A DNA stretch of 64,000 nt from a virus. Lineage: Duplodnaviria; Caudoviricetes. The notes under the pieces were generated by a model that was not told where the DNA came from, ran no database searches, and was given only the letters and a program-made list of their open reading frames with translations. Of this stretch, positions 38,084-47,911 are shown one piece after another; the first letter of the stretch is position 1, and every line of letters begins with the position of its first letter. Location of the stretch: positions 24,323-88,322 of IMG/VR virus record IMGVR_UViG_3300031760_000022, one strand, 5' to 3'. Position numbers and translations under genes: made by a program.

Positions 38084-41000
38084 TTATTCAGTTTCAGCCC
38101 CAATCTTTTGTGATTGGATAATAAGAGTTCCGTCATCATTTACTTTTAATATCTTTCTAACTTTTTCTGTAAAGACTGTGTTTTTATATTTTTTTACCAC
38201 AAATTCAGAATCCCCTCTACGGTATCCACATATCATTAACAGGGTTCCTCTGTCCAACCAAGATTTTTCTAAAACATTCTTTTTACCATCAATAATTTCA
38301 CTTTCTTGTTTCTTTAAGAAAGCATAATGTCCACCATCAAACTTAACAGATACAACATTGTTTTCGGGAGTGAGTAAAGAAATTAAATGATGATTGTCTG
38401 TGCGGCCTATTACTGTTCCACAAATACAGGCTAAATCAAATTGTTTCCATGTTCTACCCCTTGCAGTTTTTTCAACGAATTGCGGTTCTTCTGGAAGTTC
38501 TGAAAAACTACTGATATTATAATAATTATAGTTTACATTTGCTAATTCATGGTTGTTGCTATAATAAGACACAGATTCCATGCTCCAATGATTGGGGTCT
38601 TGATTTGGTAATAATTCATTGAACTTTTTGCGTAAATTGGCTTTATAGTATTGTGTAATAAAATCAGGTGTGTTAATATAATCTTTTATTGCTTCAAAAT
38701 TAGGTTTAAATATTTTTTCTAACCATTTATCTACGACAATAGTTTTATCGTTTTCTTCCCAAAAGTCTACACCAGACTGTCCCAAAGTTATACAATGTTC
38801 TATAAAATATTTGTAGGCTTTGGAATCCAGCCAGTATAGTTTTTTAGATTTGAATTTAGGATGATTCCCATAAAGAAAATCTTTTGAAGTTACATGTTTA
38901 TAAAAATTATAAGCCCCAAAGATTTGTTTGTTATTCATTCGCCCACCAAGGGCAATTTTAATGTTATTTATATTAGCCATAGTAAGCTGTGTAGGTTTGG
39001 GATTAGAAAGGATAAAATATCGTTTCATAATTTTAATTCTATCAGAAGAAAATTCATCAAAACAACCAGCTTTAATAAGTTGAATGATTTTGCTTTGGGT
39101 GATTAAAGAACCTGTAAATGTGTTTTTTTGATAGAAGTCATCAAAAGATTTGTAAGGGCGATTGGAAATGATTTGTTGGGCGATTTGTGGGTTGATTCCA
39201 GCTATCCCACCCAAACCAAAATAAATTAAATTATTACTTTCATCTGGTTCAAAATCAATACCAGCTTTATTGACAGAGGGAGGGGATATTGAAATATTGT
39301 TTTGTTTCATTTTATATATTGCTTTGCTAACTTCTGCGTAATCTGTGCTATTGGTTTTTCCATTTTCTTTTGTTTCGCCATTTGCTTCTACAGATAAACA
39401 AGCACAATTCCAATAAACACTAGGATAAAAATAATTAAGATTAAGTTCTTGTAATGCTATAATAGAATAACTGTATGAATGTAATTGGGAAAAGGAATAC
39501 CCCATACTTGCCGCAAATACAACATTCCATATATAATCAGCGAATATATTTCTTGTACCTTGTCGTTTACAACATTCAAAGAATAATTCTTTGGCTTCTT
39601 CTTGTAGTTTTTTATCTTTCTTAGCAATAGATTTACGCAGTTTATTAGCTTCTTTAAGAGTATAACCAGCAGTATGTTTGTCCATACTAAGACGCATAAC
39701 TTTTTCTTGGCTATCTGCCATTCCATAAGCGTCAGATAAGTAATACCAAAGAATATTTCTTTCACTATCATTAAGTCCAAAAGCGATAGTATCATTTACC
39801 CATTCTTGGTGATTATCTTTATATCGTTTATATCTATCTATGGGTGTTTCATCTGCATTATCTGGCATAAGTCGCAAAAGTGAATTGGCGGCTGATAAGT
39901 CCATAACACTATGAGGATGTGTTGTATTAAGAGTTTTTTGTGATATTGGTGTATCAAATTGAAAACATGAATAAATTGAAGGAAGTATATCCCACATTTT
40001 ATCGTCATCATAGTTAAGTGTATCAGGGTGCAACCATTTATAATAAGTAGCTTTAAGGCTACCTTCCCATGTTATTTTGTCATTGTCTAAAAGATAATCC
40101 ATAGTACGATGTATCTTATCTGCGGCTTCAACTGTAAGCATATCAAATTTAATACAACCAGCTTCTTCAGAATCCCAAAGGTCATAGCAAGTTGTTAAAG
40201 TACCATCGGCAGAGCGCATAGAAGATATATAGTTGGTATATGGTTCATTACAAACAATTACCCCAGCCGCATGAGTTCCCCTATTGGTAATAAGCCCTTC
40301 AATGCCTAAAGCGCATTTAATAAGATTGGGATATTTATTCATTTCGTTTTTCAATGCAGATACAGGTAAAATATCTTTGTTTTTATTTCCATAAATAGCG
40401 TCAGATAAATTAGATACTGTACCACGATTTACAGGGATTAAAGATTTGAAATAAGCGGCTGTATCGTTTGAAATATCTAATCCTTTACAAGCTCTTTCAA
40501 TGGCTGTTTTGGCAGAAATTTTAGAAAAGGTAGCTACATTAAGAACTTTATCTTCGCCAAAATATTCTTTCATTTTATTTACTATTGCTTGTTTTTTACT
40601 TGCTTCTGAATCATTGTCAATATCAGGAAGTTCTACACCTCGTTCGTGGTTCAAATGCCTCCAACTTGGCATATAATCCCCTAAAGGTACGGGGTCAATT
40701 TGTGTTACTTCAAGTAAATAACAAGTAAGGAAACCAGCGGCGCTACCTCTAGCTGGCATAGCCAAACTACCGGCTTCCCATATTAAATCAATTATCTTTG
40801 ACATAGTGGAATAGTAACTTGGCATAGATGTATCAAGTTCTTCAGAGATTATCTTTAATTCTTTCCATTCTTCATTCAATCGAGCAATATAATTTTCCAA
40901 TACTTTATTCTTAACTTTGTTAGTAACAATTTTAGTTTCCAAGGCAATTTCAATTTGACTGAAAAAGTAACGCTCGTGGAGGGGTCTATCCTCAGAGGCG

Positions 41001-42010
41001 TAAAATCCGAAGTTGGGGTATTGGTCGTAATACCTATTGAAGATATGCTTGATGGTAAAATTTGGTAAGTATTGTCTTGGAATTTGAGGTATAATTGGCT
41101 TGTGGAAAATGTCATATCCTTTGATTCTTCGCCCAAGTTCACAACTCCATTCTAACATTTGGCCAATTTGTTTGGTAGTAAAATCGTGTTCAAGATAGCC
41201 GCACAATTCTTTTTCATCCATAAGATAAGCTGTTGCATAGAAATCGTCAACTTCTCTTTCGCCCTCTTGGGAATTAAGATAAACACGATGTATTTCTGCG
41301 TCCTCTTTGCGTAGATAGTGACTGTCTGTTGTGGGAATAATAGGCAATTTGGTATCTTCATGTACAGTCCACATTAAACGATTAACCAAACTTTGGTTTG
41401 TGTCTGTGTTTTTTGAAGGTTGTATTTCAAGATATAGGTTGTCTTTTCCAAAAATATTACTAAGTCTATTTATTTCGTCATAACAATCTTCAGGTTTGCC
41501 ATATCGTAAAATTAAATTATCAATCCTACTACCTAAACAAGCTGTAGATGCAACTACATGACCCTGATTTGGTTTAATTATTTCTTCAAGGTCAGAATAG
41601 TATGTTGGTCTGCGATAGATAAATTGTTTATAAGCTCTGCGCCATGCCCTATCTGAAAGTTCTCTAAGTTGTTTATGACCTTCTGTATCAAGCGCTGTGA
41701 GAATAAAGTGATAGTATGGGGTTTTGCCATTGTTATCACGATTATCTATATCTTCTTGTTCATCCAGTAAATAAATTTCATTGCCCAAAGCAAGAGTGAA
41801 TGGGCGTTCTTTTGTCATGTTGTTGTAATACTTCAGGGCTTGTATATGACTTGATAAAGATTCGTGTTCACTTATAGTTATTCCTTCAAGTCCAAGGTCA
41901 TACGCCCTTTGTATTAAGTCTGGAACACGATTAATTACATCTGGGAAACCACATGAAGCGTTTGAAAAATCTGTGTGATTATGGTTGTTAAAAAATCCCA
42001 TTAATTTCAT
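38084..42010 (-). CDS. dnaE: DNA polymerase III alpha subunit (PHP domain intact)
   Basis: HNHTDFS, TTDSHY, RGSAAG, LPDIDND, GTHAAG, KFDML, YSFSQLH motifs; no intein seen. Confidence 0.95.
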   Translation of the reverse strand: MKLMGFFNNHNHTDFSNASCGFPDVINRVPDLIQRAYDLGLEGITISEHESLSSHIQALKYYNNMTKERPFTLALGNEIYLLDEQEDIDNRDNNGKTPYYHFILTALDTEGHKQLRELSDRAWRRAYKQFIYRRPTYYSDLEEIIKPNQGHVVASTACLGSRIDNLILRYGKPEDCYDEINRLSNIFGKDNLYLEIQPSKNTDTNQSLVNRLMWTVHEDTKLPIIPTTDSHYLRKEDAEIHRVYLNSQEGEREVDDFYATAYLMDEKELCGYLEHDFTTKQIGQMLEWSCELGRRIKGYDIFHKPIIPQIPRQYLPNFTIKHIFNRYYDQYPNFGFYASEDRPLHERYFFSQIEIALETKIVTNKVKNKVLENYIARLNEEWKELKIISEELDTSMPSYYSTMSKIIDLIWEAGSLAMPARGSAAGFLTCYLLEVTQIDPVPLGDYMPSWRHLNHERGVELPDIDNDSEASKKQAIVNKMKEYFGEDKVLNVATFSKISAKTAIERACKGLDISNDTAAYFKSLIPVNRGTVSNLSDAIYGNKNKDILPVSALKNEMNKYPNLIKCALGIEGLITNRGTHAAGVIVCNEPYTNYISSMRSADGTLTTCYDLWDSEEAGCIKFDMLTVEAADKIHRTMDYLLDNDKITWEGSLKATYYKWLHPDTLNYDDDKMWDILPSIYSCFQFDTPISQKTLNTTHPHSVMDLSAANSLLRLMPDNADETPIDRYKRYKDNHQEWVNDTIAFGLNDSERNILWYYLSDAYGMADSQEKVMRLSMDKHTAGYTLKEANKLRKSIAKKDKKLQEEAKELFFECCKRQGTRNIFADYIWNVVFAASMGYSFSQLHSYSYSIIALQELNLNYFYPSVYWNCACLSVEANGETKENGKTNSTDYAEVSKAIYKMKQNNISISPPSVNKAGIDFEPDESNNLIYFGLGGIAGINPQIAQQIISNRPYKSFDDFYQKNTFTGSLITQSKIIQLIKAGCFDEFSSDRIKIMKRYFILSNPKPTQLTMANINNIKIALGGRMNNKQIFGAYNFYKHVTSKDFLYGNHPKFKSKKLYWLDSKAYKYFIEHCITLGQSGVDFWEENDKTIVVDKWLEKIFKPNFEAIKDYINTPDFITQYYKANLRKKFNELLPNQDPNHWSMESVSYYSNNHELANVNYNYYNISSFSELPEEPQFVEKTARGRTWKQFDLACICGTVIGRTDNHHLISLLTPENNVVSVKFDGGHYAFLKKQESEIIDGKKNVLEKSWLDRGTLLMICGYRRGDSEFVVKKYKNTVFTEKVRKILKVNDDGTLIIQSQKIGAETE

Positions 42011-42714
42011 CCCTTGCATATAAATAATTTTTCAATCTTCTTTTGAACTCCTTTATTGTCTAAATGACATTTCAAATTTTTACTCCATATACATTCAAAT
42101 TCATCTGGCATCCAATATTCACTTATCAGCACTACATTATCTTTCGCCATTCTTTTACACCATTTATAGAATTTATCATAATCAAAATCTTCTGCAGCAT
42201 ATTTAGTGGTATCTCTATATGGTGGGTCACAATAAATAACATATCCTTTAGGATTAGCAGTATAATAGTCACGACAGTAAAATTTAATATTGTTAAGATT
42301 TGGGGCTTGCTTGATTAAGTTTCTTATGCTTTCATCAGTATAGTATCTAATAGTATTGATTTTAGTTTTGACTTCATTAGCATAACCGCCAAACCATTTA
42401 CCATTATAACTTGCACAAAATCCAACAAGTCCAACATACCACATAGGGTAATTATCAGGGTTGTTTCTAACAGCTATATATTCTTCTTTAGATATGGTCA
42501 TAGGAAATATACTACAATCTTTCTGTGCTTGTTTCAGTAAAGCAATAAGATAAGGGTGTATATCATATCCTATCTTTTTTTCAGCCTTGATTTTATCTAT
42601 AATATTGCCCCCCCCTACAAACGGTTCAAAATATTTTTGTGTTTTATTAACATAAGATTGGATGATGGGAACAATATTTTTAGCTATACGATTTTTACTG
42701 CCGATATATTTCAT
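42007..42714 (-). CDS. Dam-like DNA adenine methyltransferase
   Basis: MKYIGSK, EPFVGGG (motif I), IYCDPPY (motif IV). Confidence 0.88.
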   Translation of the reverse strand: MKYIGSKNRIAKNIVPIIQSYVNKTQKYFEPFVGGGNIIDKIKAEKKIGYDIHPYLIALLKQAQKDCSIFPMTISKEEYIAVRNNPDNYPMWYVGLVGFCASYNGKWFGGYANEVKTKINTIRYYTDESIRNLIKQAPNLNNIKFYCRDYYTANPKGYVIYCDPPYRDTTKYAAEDFDYDKFYKWCKRMAKDNVVLISEYWMPDEFECIWSKNLKCHLDNKGVQKKIEKLFICKG

Positions 42715-42730
42715 ATTCCCTCCTAAAAAC

Positions 42731-42778
42731 AAACTGATTAGATATGATAATTATACCACATCTAATCAGTTTTGTCAA
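42731..42778 (-). promoter_or_regulatory. SigmaA promoter within a 13-bp inverted repeat (methylase-dnaE)
   Basis: TTGACA-17-TATAAT; arms 42731-42743 and 42760-42772. Confidence 0.85.
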
Positions 42779-42918
42779 GTGTTATTTATTTGATTATTTA
42801 TCCTTTCTTCAGCAATCTTAAAATATTTTTCATCAAGTTCTATTCCTATAAAATTTCTATTAGTATTAACACAAGCCACACCTGTGTTGCCGCTATTGGC
42901 TATTTTATCCATTTTCAT
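42775..42918 (-). pseudogene. C-terminal fragment of a beta-class N4/N6 DNA methyltransferase (47 aa)
   Basis: [35 protein letters not shown]-binding end only; catalytic motif absent. Confidence 0.8.
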
Positions 42919-43187
42919 AATTTTTTTGTTTTATTTATCCTTTTCCCAAACAAGTATTTTATAAAACCAATATTATTTTTCTTATAATCCTTTTTCCACA
43001 TTTTATAACTATTCCAACTTCTTAAAGGATAAAACAACACCCAAGCGATAGGAAACAATAAACCCGCACAAAAAATAATTAAATAATCTTCTATTAAATG
43101 TTTTGAATTTTCTGCGATACAAACAAAAACAACACCAATTATCCACCATATACACAAAGTAATTAAACTAATCCAATACCATTCCAT
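42915..43187 (-). CDS. Small membrane protein
   Basis: Two hydrophobic segments. Confidence 0.6.
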   Translation of the reverse strand: MEWYWISLITLCIWWIIGVVFVCIAENSKHLIEDYLIIFCAGLLFPIAWVLFYPLRSWNSYKMWKKDYKKNNIGFIKYLFGKRINKTKKL

Positions 43188-44818
43188 TAAAAATTATCTT
43201 CCCACCTTTCTTCTTCCTGTATAACGGGTATAATTTCATAATCTTTAATCATAACCTGTGGTGTTTTAACACCTTCATATTCATTTATATCTAAATCTCC
43301 AACAATAAGTTGGACATTAAATTTATCATACTTTCTAAATGCTTCAATGTCATTATCAGTAGCAAAGAATTTAAGACAACCAACATTTCCTAAATCAAGT
43401 TTAAGTGTTTTACTAGATTTTTCAAAGACAAACACCCTATCTTTTGTAAGTGTTGTTTCAATAGCGAATGTAGGCGCTTCAATCCCCTTACCCCAAAGCT
43501 GTTTCCATTCAGAAATTACTTGACATATGTCAAGTGTAATATCTTTAGGATTAACTTTTGCAGTTACTTCAACCTCTGGTTTTTCTGAAAGGTCAAGGGA
43601 ATTTAGCCATTTTATAAAACTTTCTAAATTCTTTTTCTTTACTAAAACCCCACACGCTTCTTCGTGTCCTTGGGCTGAAGCAATGCCACTTTTATTTATT
43701 TTTGTAGCAAGTGGTGTTGGACTTCTCAAACTGCCACTCCAAGAACCATATCCTGTGTCCCTAAGAAGTATTGTGGGTTTGTTATATTTTCCTGTGAATT
43801 TATTAGCAATTAAACCAGTAAAATTAGCTTTTTCTGGTGAAGTGAATCCTATGATTACCTTTGCAGAAAAATCTAAATTTGGTTCAATTTCTTCAACTAC
43901 AGATTTAACTTCTTCGTCTTGTGTACGCTTTACCTTACGAATCTTTTTAAGTGCTTCTTCAGGGTTAATCTTTCCAATTAAACCATCAAAGAATAAGGTT
44001 TTATTTTCTTGTTCTTCACTTCTAGCCAAAGCATTGGCCAAAGGCCCAATATCCCAACCAATAGCTTCGGGTGTATAACCCTTCCGTTTACAGCATTTTT
44101 CAAACAAATAATTAAGAAAAGGATTAGTAATTGTTTTCAATCCATTATATAAATACCATCTATTTTCCATAGAAGTTAAATCACAAATATCTGTCACAAG
44201 ACTAACTGCTACAAGGTCTGTATAATTAGGATATTTAACATTATGCTTTTCACAATAAGCACGAACAAGTTTGTCTGTAACTCCAGTTCCAGAAAGTGAT
44301 TTGTTTATTACACCTTCTAATTGATTGTTTACTATAGTTGCGTATGTGTTTGTTTCTTCAAATATATGATGGTCAGCAATAAGAACTTCTATACCATTTT
44401 CTTTAAGCATTTTACATTCTTCTGTATTATTACTTCCAGCGTCAGGAACAATAAGTAAGGAATTTGGGCCATTTGACGCAATAATTTCTTCTAACTTATC
44501 TGTAATGCCATGCTGTTTTCCTTCGTGGAAATACATTTTAATATTTGTTTTACCAACAAAAGTGAAAAAATTATAAATTAAAGCCGCAGAACAAGCACCG
44601 TCAGCATCCGAATCACAAATGATTCCAACAGGGGTGTTGTTTTCTATATGCCAATTCAGCAAATCAACAGCTTTATCCATATTAGGATAATTCCAATGAC
44701 TTTCATAATTCTTTTTTGTTGGTTTTAAGTATCGTTTTACATCTTTTATTCCCAAGGCAGAAAGATATTGGGTTATAAAATCAGAAGATATATGGTCAAG
44801 TTTTGTTGTTATATTCAT
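43187..44818 (-). CDS. recJ: RecJ-like ssDNA exonuclease (DHH family)
   Basis: DSDADG, IVPDAG, IADHH, SGTGV, GSLRS, GHEEACG. Confidence 0.9.
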   Translation of the reverse strand: MNITTKLDHISSDFITQYLSALGIKDVKRYLKPTKKNYESHWNYPNMDKAVDLLNWHIENNTPVGIICDSDADGACSAALIYNFFTFVGKTNIKMYFHEGKQHGITDKLEEIIASNGPNSLLIVPDAGSNNTEECKMLKENGIEVLIADHHIFEETNTYATIVNNQLEGVINKSLSGTGVTDKLVRAYCEKHNVKYPNYTDLVAVSLVTDICDLTSMENRWYLYNGLKTITNPFLNYLFEKCCKRKGYTPEAIGWDIGPLANALARSEEQENKTLFFDGLIGKINPEEALKKIRKVKRTQDEEVKSVVEEIEPNLDFSAKVIIGFTSPEKANFTGLIANKFTGKYNKPTILLRDTGYGSWSGSLRSPTPLATKINKSGIASAQGHEEACGVLVKKKNLESFIKWLNSLDLSEKPEVEVTAKVNPKDITLDICQVISEWKQLWGKGIEAPTFAIETTLTKDRVFVFEKSSKTLKLDLGNVGCLKFFATDNDIEAFRKYDKFNVQLIVGDLDINEYEGVKTPQVMIKDYEIIPVIQEEERWEDNF

Positions 44819-44819
44819 T

Positions 44820-45215
44820 TTACCACGCCCTTACATTTTCATGCAAAGTTTCAACTCCGTCATAATCATCAATTACATAATCCATGCCATCAGGAATTTC
44901 AACTACCACTAGATTCCCATAACTTCCACTTGCTTTTATACCAAGTTCTTCTACAACTTCAATAAGTATAGGGTCATCCCTATGTCCGCTGTCAAGATAT
45001 AGATTTGTTTTCCAATCTATTTTGTCCTTTTCTACACTATCGCCAAAATCCTTAGTAAAATAATAAGTCATAAGACCAAAACCCTTTTGCATTTTTTTAT
45101 TTCTATAATCGTCATAATAACGATAAAGTGTCAATCCTTTCTTTTCAGCATACAATTCATATGCCTTATCAGAAACATCAAAACCACCATAACACTTATT
45201 AAGAATAATTTTCAT
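44820..45215 (-). CDS. Hypothetical phage protein
   Basis: 131 aa; NKCYGGF..RDDPILIEVVEELG..DYDGVE. Confidence 0.75.
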   Translation of the reverse strand: MKIILNKCYGGFDVSDKAYELYAEKKGLTLYRYYDDYRNKKMQKGFGLMTYYFTKDFGDSVEKDKIDWKTNLYLDSGHRDDPILIEVVEELGIKASGSYGNLVVVEIPDGMDYVIDDYDGVETLHENVRAW

Positions 45216-45219
45216 AACA

Positions 45220-45272
45220 AAATCCCCTTTCTAATGATACTTAATTATACCATAAGAAAGGGGATTTGTCAA
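45220..45272 (-). promoter_or_regulatory. SigmaA promoter within a 13-bp inverted repeat
   Basis: TTGACA-17-TATAAT; arms 45220-45232 and 45255-45267; downstream arm contains the SD. Confidence 0.85.
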
Positions 45273-45274
45273 TA

Positions 45275-46120
45275 TTATTTTTTATATTTTTCATTTATAA
45301 TTTTTGGCACGGCGCAATTCCAGTTTATTTTATGATGTATTCTTGTGTGGTCTGTAGCCATAGCATCTATTGTTACACAGCTTGGGTTTGTCATAACCGT
45401 ATAAAAAGATTTCATATAAGTACCATCATCATTATAAGTATCTGACATACCGCCTTTATTTTTTTGCGTTGTTTTTTGAACCAAAGAACAATCAACAACA
45501 GTAAAAAACAATTTCCCAAGTTTACCAAGTTGAACATAAGTGTTTACATCTTCATTTATTCGCCCAAAGAATTGAAATGGATTATTAGTTTTACAAAAAA
45601 AGCTATTCATAGCTTTGCGTTTGATTTTGTGGTTGAAATCATATCCGCCAATTCCACCAAGTAAATCCCCGCCTTGGGCAAAAGCTACTGTTAAAGCGTT
45701 TGTATCTTCAAGAAAATCAATGAATATATCCACAACTTTATCAAATTCTTTTGATTTCATTACTTTTAATTTATCGCCACCATCGTAACGATATTCAAAT
45801 GAAGTATAGTCATCATCAAATTGGGCGAAATATTTTAATCCTAATTCTTTTGCGGCTTGAAAACAATAGTTTCTTGCGTACACAATTACTTTTTCAGAAC
45901 CACCAGAATCACACAAATCAAAAGTTTTACCTATTTCTTCTTTATTAAAAATAAGTAAATTATTTGGATAAAGTTCTTTATATCTATCTAAGGTGGGGTC
46001 ATCATCACTCACAACAATGTAGTATTGCCCTGTATAATTAGCATTTTTTAAAGAATTTAATGTATAAATGTTATCTGCCCTTTTGTAAGACATTATAAAA
46101 ATAGCAAAATCATTACGCAT
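45275..46120 (-). CDS. GT-A fold glycosyltransferase (TET-associated/GREB1-like type)
   Basis: FIMSYKRA nucleotide-binding start, FAQFDDDY DxD motif, GRINEDVN, KSFYTVM. Confidence 0.7.
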   Translation of the reverse strand: MRNDFAIFIMSYKRADNIYTLNSLKNANYTGQYYIVVSDDDPTLDRYKELYPNNLLIFNKEEIGKTFDLCDSGGSEKVIVYARNYCFQAAKELGLKYFAQFDDDYTSFEYRYDGGDKLKVMKSKEFDKVVDIFIDFLEDTNALTVAFAQGGDLLGGIGGYDFNHKIKRKAMNSFFCKTNNPFQFFGRINEDVNTYVQLGKLGKLFFTVVDCSLVQKTTQKNKGGMSDTYNDDGTYMKSFYTVMTNPSCVTIDAMATDHTRIHHKINWNCAVPKIINEKYKK

Positions 46121-46481
46121 TTTCTTCCAGCCTACTTCCTACAATTTCAGCCATGCGCTTATTAAGCTTTACATAACCTTTAGCTATTGCGTCATCAAAA
46201 TCAATAATCACCAACGCAGAGTCCTCCATAAGTTCTTGCATTTCAGGCGATGCAGAAGCGTAATAATCAGCTATTTTAGAATAATTAAATATAGTATGCC
46301 GTCTTGCGGCACAAAGTAAAAATTTCTTTTCTAAATCGCTTACATTAGATTGAAGAATTTTAGCTTTTAATTCTTTATATTTTGAATTATCAACGCATTC
46401 TTGCAGACGGGGGGGGCAAGATTTTGGTGTATACTGTGGAACATTCATTTTATAATTATATTTATATTTTCTTTCAGACAT
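46113..46481 (-). CDS. Hypothetical protein coupled to the glycosyltransferase
   Basis: 122 aa overlapping the GT start; AARRHTIFNYSKIADYY..ALVIIDFDDAI. Confidence 0.7.
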   Translation of the reverse strand: MSERKYKYNYKMNVPQYTPKSCPPRLQECVDNSKYKELKAKILQSNVSDLEKKFLLCAARRHTIFNYSKIADYYASASPEMQELMEDSALVIIDFDDAIAKGYVKLNKRMAEIVGSRLEENA

Positions 46482-46505
46482 TATTTATCCTACTTTCAGC
46501 TATAT

Positions 46506-47276
46506 TTAATAATGTGACATAATGTAATTGTGTTTATTTATATCCCAAGAAGTGTTAATTTTTTTATTAATATATTTTTTATTCAATATAGGATTTTTAT
46601 TTCTTGTTCTATATAGTAGGGTAGTATAAATACCAAGTTCACTACATATTTCTTCTATTTTACTATAAGTATTTATTTCACCAGTAATTACATGAATCCA
46701 AAATTTAGAAGCTAAATATTCTAAATCTTGCTTTAATAAATTATAATCAATATTTTTATCTTCTATCAACAATGTTTTAATTGATTTATTGCCATAATCT
46801 TTTCCCATATATTGAAAACTATAGGCAATTCTATGTAATTGTTGGTCTTTAATTCCTTGTTTTATTTTAGTTGCTTTGCCTTTTCCACCTGTACTTACTT
46901 TGCCAGAAGTACCGCTTTCTTTCCAATTAAAATTATTTCTTAAATAATTAACAAGGCGCAAATGCGTTGTGCGAATATATAGTTTTTTTCCTTTGGAAAA
47001 ATAGTATTCTGCTATATATGATAAAAATTTTGTACCAAATCCCAATCCTTGATAATCTGGTAGAATCACCAGTCTGCTTACACGATAAGCGTATTTTATA
47101 TCACCGTTGGGCATTGGTAGTACACCACAAAAACCAACAACAATATCATTCCAATAACAAGTGTAAACAGTACAGGCTTTATTTAATTCTGCACTTAAAT
47201 AGTGATGTTCCCTAAATACGCTCCAAATCTCTTTGTTGTTTGATTCGTAGATTTGGAGCGTAATACTTCCCCCAAG
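46506..47276 (-). CDS. GNAT acetyltransferase; frame open from 47276 with no upstream start codon, probably fused to the ATPase by -1 frameshift
   Basis: WSVFREHHYLS and RVSRLVILPDYQGLGFG (acetyl-CoA motif); the first lies upstream of the first ATG (47114). Confidence 0.8.
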   Translation of the reverse strand, partial: LGGSITLQIYESNNKEIWSVFREHHYLSAELNKACTVYTCYWNDIVVGFCGVLPMPNGDIKYAYRVSRLVILPDYQGLGFGTKFLSYIAEYYFSKGKKLYIRTTHLRLVNYLRNNFNWKESGTSGKVSTGGKGKATKIKQGIKDQQLHRIAYSFQYMGKDYGNKSIKTLLIEDKNIDYNLLKQDLEYLASKFWIHVITGEINTYSKIEEICSELGIYTTLLYRTRNKNPILNKKYINKKINTSWDINKHNYIMSHY

Positions 47277-47911
47277 TCAGCACCCCGACAATCAAAACAT
47301 TTCGCTTCGTCTACATCTATTACAAAGTCTGGTTTAAGGAATGGAATATAATCATTGTGACAAGAACAAAACACAACATGACGCATATTATTTTTACGAA
47401 TATATTTAGCAATAGAATTACAAGTTGACTTAGCAACATTTCTATCAATAGTAGAAGTAAATTCGTCAAAAATCATTTCGCTATTTATATTAAGAGCCAA
47501 ATCTGCCCTAAATCCTTCGCCTATTGATAAAACATTTCTAGGTCTACACCAAACAGGCATTGAATTAAGTCCTACTGCACTTAATCTATAAGAAGCATCT
47601 TGTGGTGAATCAAAGTTAGATACAATAGCTTTAATATTATCATATGTTTTGTGCTTTTTATTATAAAAAGGCAATTCTTTAAGTAAAGTAGATTTGCCCC
47701 CCCCACTTGAACCTGTAATTACTAAAATTTGATAATCTATTTGATTTAATTCTTGTGGAAATTCATAAGGAAAAAATTTACTTTCGCCTGTAAAATCATA
47801 GTCAAAATTATTTTGAACCATGTCAGTAAATTCGTCAATAGGAACTTTAGATATAAGTGGTTCTTTCTTCTTTTTTAGGTTGCACAAAACATTACATTCT
47901 TTATAATTCAA
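47195..47911 (-). CDS. ABC-type ATPase without membrane partner
   Basis: GSSGGGKST Walker A, LSIGE signature-like, IFDEF Walker B, CSCH switch; TTG start. Confidence 0.85.
   Translation of the reverse strand: MNYKECNVLCNLKKKKEPLISKVPIDEFTDMVQNNFDYDFTGESKFFPYEFPQELNQIDYQILVITGSSGGGKSTLLKELPFYNKKHKTYDNIKAIVSNFDSPQDASYRLSAVGLNSMPVWCRPRNVLSIGEGFRADLALNINSEMIFDEFTSTIDRNVAKSTCNSIAKYIRKNNMRHVVFCSCHNDYIPFLKPDFVIDVDEAKCFDCRGADLGEVLRSKSTNQTTKRFGAYLGNITI

Noticed and set aside
33417-42010. Inteins in nrdD, recD2 or dnaE
   Set aside because: Lengths are typical, conserved motifs are contiguous and no C..HN splice motifs were seen.
42007-42714. Assigning GATC specificity (symbol dam) to the methylase
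   Set aside because: Family motifs do not establish the target, and GATC seems absent from the window.
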